Positions 10,829 through 19,803 of a stretch of 25,981 nucleotides of DNA are shown piece after piece. This stretch comes from Carpediemonas membranifera BICM (Eukaryota > Protista > Fornicata). Each line of letters opens with the position of its first letter. Position 1 is the stretch's first letter. A program made the position numbers and the translations under genes. The stretch spans positions 143,519 through 169,499 of the forward strand of contig JAHDYR010000007.1 in the NCBI GenBank assembly GCA_019828565.1, given 5' to 3'. The notes under the pieces are model-generated. The model was not told the DNA's origin, did no database searches, and worked only from the letters and a program-made list of their open reading frames with translations.

Positions 10829-11457
10829 TTAATGATAGCGAGGAAGAGCACCTCTCTGGGTGCCGTAATGAAAAGGAGATAGCCCTATCTGATCTGGAGT
10901 GGCGTCGAAGGTACACCAATGGATGTTCTCGCTGGCGCTCTTATCTCGGTGAGAGAGATTGAGAAGCATGTCTCTCTGCTCGGGATGCCGACTTAGCCGT
11001 TTATCGCGCCATGGAGCTCCCTCGCACGCGGGATTCTGGCAGAGCATGGTGCGGTGTGCACCACACGTCTGAAGTGTGCTTTGCAGTATGGGCACACGAT
11101 GGAAGTGCGGAATTCCGAGACCATGGCAACAGTCACGACGACGTTGTGCCGGAGCATGATGCCTGGTAGAGCTCGAGCAAAGTGGCGGTACGGAGCACAC
11201 GAGGGAGTGCCGGCGGAACCGAACAGTGCAGCCCCATACGCCACTTTGAGGTGAATGGGCTCCGTTCTTCTGGTCAGAAATGCTACATCTGACAAAACAT
11301 AAAACATCCCTGCCCGCATGATCGCCCTTACCATGGCTGATGCCCTCATGTCCGCTACCCTGTTGGTGTATGACAAGAGGTGCGCCAAGCTGGGACTGTT
11401 CAACTCGCTGGAGCTCCTCCCGGCAGGGCTGTCGGCATAAGCCAGTAATTTACGTGA
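10829..11457 (-). pseudogene. Fanzor 3' fragment, unit 5 (frameshifted)
   Basis: Same motifs as unit 1. Confidence 0.8.
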
Positions 11458-11544
11458 TTAATGGAAAATCACAAAATGCACGGATGTGCCACAGAACTCG
11501 TGCTTGCAAAGACAACGACTATGTACAGAAGTTTACTCTTATGA

Positions 11545-11943
11545 TTAATCCCGATTGTGGATCATGGCGAGAATCCTGCCAGGCAGCTCTTCGATTGTGG
11601 CGTTGAGCTGGCGAATGTCGCCACGAACCTCAGCAAATTGGCCATGAACCTCAGCAAATTGGCCATGAACCTCAGCAAATTGGCCATGAACCTCAGCAAA
11701 TTGGCCACGAACCTCATCCTGGAAAGCACGGAAGTCTCTCCAGGTCACATAGCTGTCATCCTCGTGTTGCATGCCGTTTTCTGCCATATTTTCTTCCATA
11801 TTCTGCTCGGGAACGCGTTGTTCTGGCATGCGACGGAGATCCACCTCATCTTGAGGCCTGTGGAAACCGTTCACAGCGGCATGGCGGAGCTCGGGGTTGC
11901 CATCATCATCGCGGGGCTCGGGGTTCCTCGGGGTTGATGGCAT
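11545..11943 (-). CDS. small coiled-coil protein (132 aa), unit 5
   Basis: Three extra HGQFAEV heptads, in frame. Confidence 0.6.
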   Translation of the reverse strand: MPSTPRNPEPRDDDGNPELRHAAVNGFHRPQDEVDLRRMPEQRVPEQNMEENMAENGMQHEDDSYVTWRDFRAFQDEVRGQFAEVHGQFAEVHGQFAEVHGQFAEVRGDIRQLNATIEELPGRILAMIHNRD

Positions 11944-12560
11944 GGTAAATATCGTAAATGTCTGTGTGTTGTTGGCCACTTTGAGGCTGAAGGCTGCGAA
12001 CGGATGCCAACTGCATCCCTTCTAACCCTGCTTGCAGGTACAACCAATGGGGGAAAACATTTACGTATTTTTACCAGTTTACTGGTGGTTTGGTCTCAAA
12101 CGTGTCTCAAATGTTCGCCCGGCTTGGGTACGAGCCGAGCAGTGCTGGCTCGCACGAAGGTTTGCGCTGTTCAAGCTTCCTTGACTTGGCGACTCCGCGC
12201 CAAAATCGACCAAACGAATTTTGTGTCCACGCTCCCCGCGCCGGAGTCGCGTCGGCGCATCTACGCGCCCTCTCACTCGCAGAGTGCACCTCGTTGTGGT
12301 GGTCCCACAGGGCAAGACACTCAAGCAAACGATGGACCGTTTACAGAAGAATTTATGTGAGTTTACATAAACTGCACTGACTCTGAGGTCTAAGACTATT
12401 GCACTCGTTATTCTGATGTGCCGCGGAGGATTAGAATTATTGAGTTCAAAGCACACAATGATCCAAGCAGAATCAGGATCGCAGTGTGGTTCATCATACT
12501 CTATCAATCGTGCGCAGCATATCACGCGTGCTGCAGCGCGTGCTTGCTCAACTTAGCAAG

Positions 12561-13190
12561 TTAATGATAGCGAGGAAGAGCACCTCTCTGGGTGCCGTAA
12601 TGAAAAGGAGATAGCCCTATCTGATCTGGAGTGGCGTCGAAGGTACACCAATGGATGTTCTCGCTGGCGCTCTTATCTCGGTGAGAGAGATTGAGAAGCA
12701 TGTCTCTCTGCTCGGGATGCCGACTTAGCCGTTTATCGCGCCATGGAGCTCCCTCGCACGCGGGATTCTGGCAGAGCATGGTGCGGTGTGCACCACACGT
12801 CTGAAGTGTGCTTTTGCAGTATGGGCACACGATGGAAGTGCGGAATTCCGAGACCATGGCAACAGTCACGACGACGTTGTGCCGGAGCATGATGCCTGGT
12901 AGAGCTCGAGCAAAGTGGCGGTACGGAGCACACGAGGGAGTGCCGGCGGAACCGAACAGTGCAGCCCCATACGCCACTTTGAGGTGAATGGGCTCCGTTC
13001 TTCTGGTCAGAAATGCTACATCTGACAAAACATAAAACATCCCTGCCCGCATGATCGCCCTTACCATGGCTGATGCCCTCATGTCCGCTACCCTGTTGGT
13101 GTATGACAAGAGGTGCGCCAAGCTGGGACTGTTCAACTCGCTGGAGCTCCTCCCGGCAGGGCTGTCGGCATAAGCCAGTAATTTACGTGA
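12561..13190 (-). pseudogene. Fanzor 3' fragment, unit 6 (continuous frame)
   Basis: TTTT at 12812-12815 fuses the two parts: VSEFRTSIVCPYCKSTLQTCGAHRTMLCQNPAC...HRDKSASENI. Still lacks the N-terminus and RuvC-I. Confidence 0.82.
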
Positions 13191-13277
13191 TTAATGGAAA
13201 ATCACAAAATGCACGGATGTGCCACAGAACTCGTGCTTGCAAAGACAACGACTATGTACAGAAGTTTACTCTTATGA

Positions 13278-13634
13278 TTAATCCCGATTGTGGATCATGG
13301 CGAGAATCCTGCCAGGCAGCTCTTCGATTGTGGCGTTGAGCTGGCGAATGTCGCCACGAACCTCAGCAAATTGGCCATGAACCTCAGCAAATTGGCCACG
13401 AACCTCATCCTGGAAAGCACGGAAGTCTCTCCAGGTCACATAGCTGTCATCCTCGTGTTGCATGCCGTTTTCTGCCATATTTTCTTCCATATTCTGCTCG
13501 GGAACGCGTTGTTCTGGCATGCGACGGAGATCCACCTCATCTTGAGGCCTGTGGAAACCGTTCACAGCGGCATGGCGGAGCTCGGGGTTGCCATCATCAT
13601 CGCGGGGCTCGGGGTTCCTCGGGGTTGATGGCAT
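13278..13634 (-). CDS. small coiled-coil protein (118 aa), unit 6
   Basis: One extra heptad, MAEN retained. Confidence 0.6.
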   Translation of the reverse strand: MPSTPRNPEPRDDDGNPELRHAAVNGFHRPQDEVDLRRMPEQRVPEQNMEENMAENGMQHEDDSYVTWRDFRAFQDEVRGQFAEVHGQFAEVRGDIRQLNATIEELPGRILAMIHNRD

Positions 13635-14252
13635 GGTAAATATCGTAAATGTCTGTGTGTTGTTGGCCACTTTGAGGCTGAAGGCTGCGAACGGATGCCA
13701 ACTGCATCCCTTCTAACCCTGCTTGCAGGTACAACCAATGGGGGGAAAACATTTACGTATTTTACCAGTTTACTGGTGGTTTGGTCTCAAACGTGTCTCA
13801 AATGTTCGCCCGGCTTGGGTACGAGCCGAGCAGTGCTGGCTCGCACGAAGGTTTGCGCTGTTCAAGCTTCCTTGACTTGGCGACTCCGCGCCAAAATCGA
13901 CCAAACGAATTTTTGTGTCCACGCTCCCCGCGCCGGAGTCGCGTCGGCGCATCTACGCGCCCTCTCACTCGCAGAGTGCACCTCGTTGTGGTGGTCCCAC
14001 AGGGCAAGACACTCAAGCAAACGATGGACCGTTTACAGAAGAATTTATGTGAGTTTACATAAACTGCACTGACTCTGAGGTCTAAGACTATTGCACTCGT
14101 TATTCTGATGTGCCGCGGAGGATTAGAATTATTGAGTTCAAAGCACACAATGATCCAAGCAGAATCAGGATCGCAGTGTGGTTCATCATACTCTATCAAT
14201 CGTGCGCAGCATATCACGCGTGCTGCAGCGCGTGCTTGCTCAACTTAGCAAG

Positions 14253-14736
14253 TTAATGATAGCGAGGAAGAGCACCTCTCTGGGTGCCGTAATGAAAAGG
14301 AGATAGCCCTATCTGATCTGGAGTGGCGTCGAAGGTACACCAATGGATGTTCTCGCTGGCGCTCTTATCTCGGTGAGAGAGATTGAGAAGCATGTCTCTC
14401 TGCTCGGGATGCCGACTTAGCCGTTTATCGCGCCATGGAGCTCCCTCGCACGCGGGATTCTGGCAGAGCATGGTGCGGTGTGCACCACACGTCTGAAGTG
14501 TGCTTTGCAGTATGGGCACACGATGGAAGTGCGGAATTCCGAGACCATGGCAACAGTCACGACGACGTTGTGCCGGAGCATGATGCCTGGTAGAGCTCGA
14601 GCAAAGTGGCGGTACGGAGCACACGAGGGAGTGCCGGCGGAACCGAACAGTGCAGCCCCATACGCCACTTTGAGGTGAATGGGCTCCGTTCTTCTGGTCA
14701 GAAATGCTACATCTGACAAAACATAAAACATCCCTG
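14253..14736 (-). pseudogene. Fanzor 3' fragment, unit 7 (cut by retrotransposon insertion)
   Basis: Same motifs; unit sequence ends at 14736 where TGTTGG... begins. Confidence 0.8.
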
Positions 14737-14838
14737 TGTTGGTTCATCAATAGATTATTTAATAGTCTTGAGTCGTCCAGCTCGACACATGGGTGTCGAG
14801 CTCTATTCTTTGTAAAGCTTTGTTCTCACGAACCCACA
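14737..14838 (+). repeat. putative 5' LTR (102 bp)
   Basis: TGT...ACA ends with an 8/9 inverted terminal match (TGTTGGTTC / GAACCCACA) and an internal perfect 10-bp hairpin at 14779-14802. The second copy is not visible. Confidence 0.5.
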
Positions 14839-14853
14839 GTAACGTTACTTACA

Positions 14854-17800
14854 ATGACTGAGGACAAGGGTCCGTTATGTACTCAACCAGAGATTAATGC
14901 TCTGCTTTCGTTTAAGGAGAAACTCGATCGCCATGTCCGAACGGGCGGAAAACGCCGACTTATCAAGCGTTTGGGTCCGGCTGTCACCTCATACTGTGCA
15001 GCAGTTGGTGTAGACGTAGCCAAGACGTACAAGAGCGCGAAGCACAACACAGTGACGGGCGAGAAGCGTAAGAAACATGAGAGAGAGGACCTCGTTTTCA
15101 GAGCGATTGCTAACGCAATTAAGCCCACTGATCCGATCCTAGAGCGCCGTCTTTTCCAGCTAACGACCCAGGGTATTGACGTGGGACGTCTCTCACTCTA
15201 TGCCGACAGATTCATCAGCCGCAAGGCCGTCTTGGCTCCCTCTTTCTCCGACGCCGTGATGCGCAGCATGTTCGTGAAGGGAATCCAGGACGAGGACCTC
15301 CGTAGGGAGGTCAAGGAGGCGGCTACAGGGCTTGACCTTAACAGCACCATCCAGGTCGCTCTCCAGACGTGCAAGCGTCTCCAAGAGGCTGCGATGATTA
15401 CTTCCAGGACCATCAAGTCCGATTCTCAGCCTCGAAACCGCCCTCCTAAGGACCAGCGCGCAAGCCATTCTCGAGGTCTGCGCCGACAGGGCGGCCCGCC
15501 TCACCCGGGTGAGCACCAGTCTCATGGCAAGCACCAGTACCGGGGAGCCCAGTCTGAAATGCAGAGAAGTCAGCAGACCGGCTCAAGCACCGATCATCAG
15601 AGCACCAGCCGTACCATCGTGTGCTACAACTGCGGCAAGTCCGGTCACACATCGCGCCAGTGTCGGAACCCGAAGACTGTCTGCAGCAAGTGCGGTAAGC
15701 AGGGACATCAAGACAAGTTCTGTCGGGGTACTTCAGTAAACCCCCAGGCTTGTTCATCCTTTTCTCGTGCACCCGCTCATGTCCTGACATCGTTGAGTCA
15801 GACACACAGCAACGCGCTCCCGATAGTAACAGCAGAGGTTCCGGTCGGTAATGATCACAGTGTGCAATGGGAGCGTGTACTTTTCGACTGCGGGGCGGAT
15901 ATTTGCTTGGTGAACCCCCAGTCGGCAACCGCTGCTGAACTTATTCCGACGAAGCTCAGTCAACCTATCGTCATCAAGACTCCAGGGGGATCTATTGAGT
16001 CCGACGTTTGCTATGAGATTCCCCTTCTCATGCATAAGTCACCTTTCACTCCAAAGGCACTGTCGACTACTGTCGCCGCATACGGAGTTGAATGCATCTA
16101 CGACCTTCTATTGTCGTACCCAACGATGGTTGAGTGGGGCATCCTGCCCAGTGTCGCGGAATCTCAAGCGAGCCGGGACTCTGACGATATGGAACCGTCC
16201 GTCCCCCCAATGGACGCGATGCAGTCCTACACTATGTCAACAGATTTTACAGCGATGCATGCGCGAATCATCGCCAAGTTCAGCCGTTGCTTCGAGGAGC
16301 GTGAGGGGTTTTCTGCCTTAGAGCCTTATGACCTGATCTTGAAGGGAGGACCGAGTAGTAGCGTCCAGGTCAAATTACATCCCTCACCAGAAGCAGGGTC
16401 TGTTTGATGAGCACGTCCGGGAGCTGTTAGCCAAGAAGTATATTGAGGCGAGTTTCTCTCCGTACTCGTCCCCAGCTCTCCTCGTCCCGAAGGGCCGAGA
16501 CAGAACTCGTATGGTTGTCGATTTCAGAAGGATCAACGACCTGACTGAGCCGTTTGATTACCCGATCCCAGAGGTTCAAGCGTGCCTCGCACGGTTGGCA
16601 GGAGCTAAGATCTTCGCCACGATTGACCTTTCGAAGGGTTATCATCAAGTCAAGTTGTCCGAAAGGTCGAGACAATACACTGCGTTCCAGACCCCACGAG
16701 GCAAGTTCCAGTATACGGGCATGCCGTTTGGATTGAAAAAACGCTGGGGCGCATTTCCAGTTTGCAATTGAACGGGGATTCCACGATCTACTTGGTACCG
16801 CGTGTATCATATATATTGACGACATTATAATTTTCGGCCGCACAGAGCAAGAGTACTTGTCCAACTTGAACAAGGTGTTGGCGAGGGCCGAAGAGTTGAA
16901 ACTCAGCCTCAACAAGGAGAAGTCACACTTTGGACTCGCAGAAGTCGAGTTCTTAGGCTGGGTGGTGTCGGGTACAGGATTTAGAATTGCGCCAGACCGC
17001 ATTCGGGATGTTGAGACGCTGCGTGTCCCGAAGACGAAGAAGGCCGCTCAAGCCCTAATGGGATTCTTGAACTTCATGAGAGATTTTTGTGCCAGGTTTT
17101 TCGAGGATCGTGCACCCTTTAGCTCAAGCCGCGTGTGGCAAGGCACCTCCCGACGGCAGCGATCAGGTCGAGGCTTTGGCGCAGGTCAAAGATCTGCTGT
17201 GTCAGGCTCCCGCCCTCGAACACTTCGATGTTACCCGTGAGCACGTCGTCATGACTGACGCGTCAGACCTTGGAATTGGCGGAGTGTTGCTACAAGACGG
17301 TAAGCCGGTGTCATACATGTCCAAGTCTTTCAACGATGTGCAGACGAGATGGAGCACAATTGAACAGGAGGCGTATGCAATCGTTTCCGCGTTGCAGAGG
17401 TGGCGCAGGTTCTTGTGTTGGACACCATTCACATTGCTGACTGATCATCGCAATCTTGTGTTTATGTCGCGTTCTTCCAACTCCAAGGTTCAACGGTGGT
17501 ACGAATCAATATCTGATCTTGATTTCACGATCAAACATGTGGCCGGAGTGGATAACAGTGCAGCCGATGGTCTCAGTCGCGTGTTTGCGGCATCGGCAGA
17601 TCGGTTGCCAGTGGCGTCTGAGACGGAGATAGCTGAGGCACACAGACACGGGCAAGCTCACCTGCCACTGCATACCACGATACAATTCTTGAGGACACAT
17701 GGCAAGAGGGCGCCCGTGGATCAGGTGGCGAGGGTGATCGACAGATGTCCGGTATGTCAACTCACAGCAAAACCAGCTGAAGCCGCCAGGGCATACTTAC

Positions 17801-18858
17801 ATACAGCCGGACTCAGGCCGTTCATGAAGGTAGCAATGGACACTATCGGTCCGTTGCCCGAGTCGCTCGGATACAAGTTCATTTTAGTAGTAGTCGATAT
17901 GGCTTCGAGGTGGACCGAGCTCATTCCGCTGAAGACAACGAGAGCCGACGAAGCTGTCAGAGCATTTGCTGACCAGTGGATACTCAGGTATGGAGTCCCT
18001 CGAGTCCTCCAAACAGACGGAGGCAAGCAGTTTGTCAACAAGCTGTTCAAGGACTTGTCCGTCCGAGTTGGCTTTTCAATCCATACAACCACTCCATATC
18101 ATCCACAGTCAAATGGAGTGGTCGAACGAGCGAACAGCAGAGTCGAGCGTATTCTGAGGGCGCGGCAGTACGAGCTGAGGTCGGAGCTGTGGTCGGAGTC
18201 GTTGCCAGTCGCACAGTACATTGTCAACGCGACACCACACTCAGCAACGCGTTTAACCCCAGCAGAGGTGATTTTTGGTAGTGATCTGCGCGTACCGGCC
18301 GACATGCTAATCGTCAAAGAACTGGGTGAGAAGGCGGTCAGCCAACCAGCGAGCAACGTAGCTGCTGCCAAACTCGCTCGAGAGCTCGCTGAAGCACGTA
18401 TTAAGGCAATGCACGCTGACGCTCTCAGCAAGCTGCCCCCTCCTGAACCAATTACGTCTGAGTTTGTATTGGTCAAATACCCGAATGGGCCACCATCAAA
18501 GTTGGCTGCAGGGTGGCGAGGCCCCATGCAACTGATCCAGCCTATCATGAGGAATGACTTTCCTGTTGGTTACTGGGTTAGAGATGTCAATACGAGGACC
18601 GAATTCCAGGTCGCGTCCGAGAGGGTCAGACCATTTTCAGGCGAGCTGTCCATGCAACATGCCCAAGAGCTAGCAGCAGTGACGATCGGCGAGTATGTCG
18701 TGGAGTCGATATACGAAGCAACGCATGAGCGCAGACTCAGCGATCGGCAGTTCCACGTCCGATGGGCAGGGTACGAGCCTTCGGAAGATACGTGGGAGCC
18801 GTACCAGAACGTTAAGGGATGCGAAGCGTTGGATATATATCTGGGGAAGGCCGAATAA
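14854..18858 (+). CDS. Gag-Pol polyprotein, broken by three +1 frameshifts
   Basis: Two CCHC knuckles (CYNCGKSGHTSRQC, CSKCGKQGHQDKFC); protease LFDCGA; RT SPYSSPALLVPK, RMVVDFRRIN, IDLSKGYHQ, MPFGLKNA, YIDDII; RNase H TDASDLGIGGVL, TDHRNL, ADGLSR; integrase CPVC, MDTIGP, QTDGGKQF, PQSNGVVERAN; chromodomain EYVVESI...FHVRWAGYEPSEDTWEP. Confidence 0.95.
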
Positions 18859-18883
18859 ATGGCCCCCAAGCATCAGAAACTGT

Positions 18884-19432
18884 TTATTCGCAAGTGTCAC
18901 AACGGACGTTACCATCGAGGGCAACGTCGTCGGCGAGGTAAGACTCGTAAGACAGATGCTCAGTGAGGAACTGGGCAACGGCAGGGTGAGTCTGCATGCG
19001 CCGAGTAGCGATGGCAATGCTGCTCACATTGGGGCATTCCTCATAACTGACATGCAGGCGCAGAAGACCAGGGGCGTCAAAACGATAATGCCAAACACGC
19101 GAGACCGTGAAGGCTGCAGAAGTCATGTCTTGCAGAGTCAGCGACGGGGCGCGGTCAGCAGTAACCGGCATGAAGCCTGACAGAAGACTGAACTCTGCGT
19201 CGTCGAAGGAAGCGCCGCTACGCATGCGAGCGAAGTACTGACGAGCGAACTCAGCGCAATCAGCGCGGGTGAGGATACCGAGGGCCTCTCCCATGTGCAG
19301 CACAAAATATAGGTTGACATCGTGGCCGAGCATGACAGCACGGAAGACATGAGGACGCATGGTGACGATGCTGAGGCCAGAGCGATTCTCGATCTCTTGC
19401 TTGAGCGCGTTCGGCACATACGCGCGTTTCAT
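18884..19432 (-). CDS. antisense ORF (182 aa from ATG 19432), possible degenerate chromodomain
   Basis: Open frame converging on pol with a 25-nt gap. FTVSRVWHYRFDAPGLLRLHVSYEECP...HPAVAQFL has chromodomain-like spacing. Confidence 0.5.
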   Translation of the reverse strand: MKRAYVPNALKQEIENRSGLSIVTMRPHVFRAVMLGHDVNLYFVLHMGEALGILTRADCAEFARQYFARMRSGASFDDAEFSLLSGFMPVTADRAPSLTLQDMTSAAFTVSRVWHYRFDAPGLLRLHVSYEECPNVSSIAIATRRMQTHPAVAQFLTEHLSYESYLADDVALDGNVRCDTCE

Positions 19433-19445
19433 ACTGTCCAGGGTG

Positions 19446-19527
19446 CAGGAATTTCCCTTATTGGGTAGGGGAATTTCCTCGGGCTTTCCCCCGAGGAAAT
19501 TCCCTGATTGGATAAGGGAAATTCCTG
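19446..19527. promoter_or_regulatory. 82-bp hairpin/cruciform with four GGAATTTCC-type motifs
   Basis: Perfect 16-bp outer stem (19446-19461 with 19512-19527) and 15-bp inner stem (19469-19483 with 19490-19504). The structure is certain; a regulatory role is inferred. Confidence 0.55.
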
Positions 19528-19627
19528 GTGGCTCACTCAATATTAAACTGTTTTAATTAATTATGTCATGTGCGTATACTTCATCGACTCAAGTAACCGC
19601 TTCTGCAAGCACTAATACACTAGTGCT

Positions 19628-19660
19628 CACAGTGTAGAGTTCTATGCCTTGCAAAAAAAG
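19628..19660 (+). repeat. putative terminal inverted repeat, RSS-like
   Basis: CACAGTG, 16-nt spacer, then GCAAAAAAAG. Confidence 0.5.
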
Positions 19661-19670
19661 TTTTTATGCA

Positions 19671-19803
19671 GAATTGGCGATATCTAGAGATTGACACGTT
19701 GCCGTTTTTTGCAAATGATGCAGGCGATCCCATACTATCATTCGTTGGGCTTGCCCGATTTTTGAAAAACGGCAACGTGTCATTCCCGAGATATTCCCAA
19801 TTC
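19671..19803. repeat. imperfect 46-bp inverted repeat pair
   Basis: 19671-19716 versus 19758-19803; the core TGACACGTTGCCGTTTTT pairs perfectly with AAAAACGGCAACGTGTCA. Confidence 0.9.

Larger units (their letters stand above)
3521..14736. repeat. tandem array of ~1.67-1.73 kb units (6 full plus 1 partial)
   Basis: Anchor GTAAATGTCTGTG recurs at 3521, 5190, 6869, 8539, 10220, 11954 and 13645 (periods 1669, 1679, 1670, 1681, 1734, 1691). Units are near identical. The last unit stops at ...AAACATCCCTG 14736. Confidence 0.98.
14737..19627 (+). mobile_element. Ty3/gypsy (Metaviridae) chromodomain-containing LTR retrotransposon; 3' LTR not in window; right boundary inferred
   Basis: Domain order gag-PR-RT-RNaseH-IN-chromodomain. 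Begins with TG exactly where array homology ends. Confidence 0.9.

Noticed and set aside
3521-14736. CRISPR-like array
   Set aside because: Units are ~1.7 kb and near identical throughout; there is no short repeat plus unique spacer structure.
14704-14853. N-terminal extension of Gag from ATG 14704
   Set aside because: It spans the array/LTR junction, so it is a chance read-through; ATG 14854 is the plausible start.
19469-19504. NF-kappaB binding sites (GGGAATTTCC)
   Set aside because: The match is exact, but nothing suggests this protist has Rel-family factors; treated as a generic palindromic motif.
19618-19625. CACTAGTG as a CACTA/EnSpm terminus
   Set aside because: Transposase motifs fit RAG1/Transib better and CACAGTG plus an A-tract lies 10 bp away. 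Kept only as an alternative boundary.
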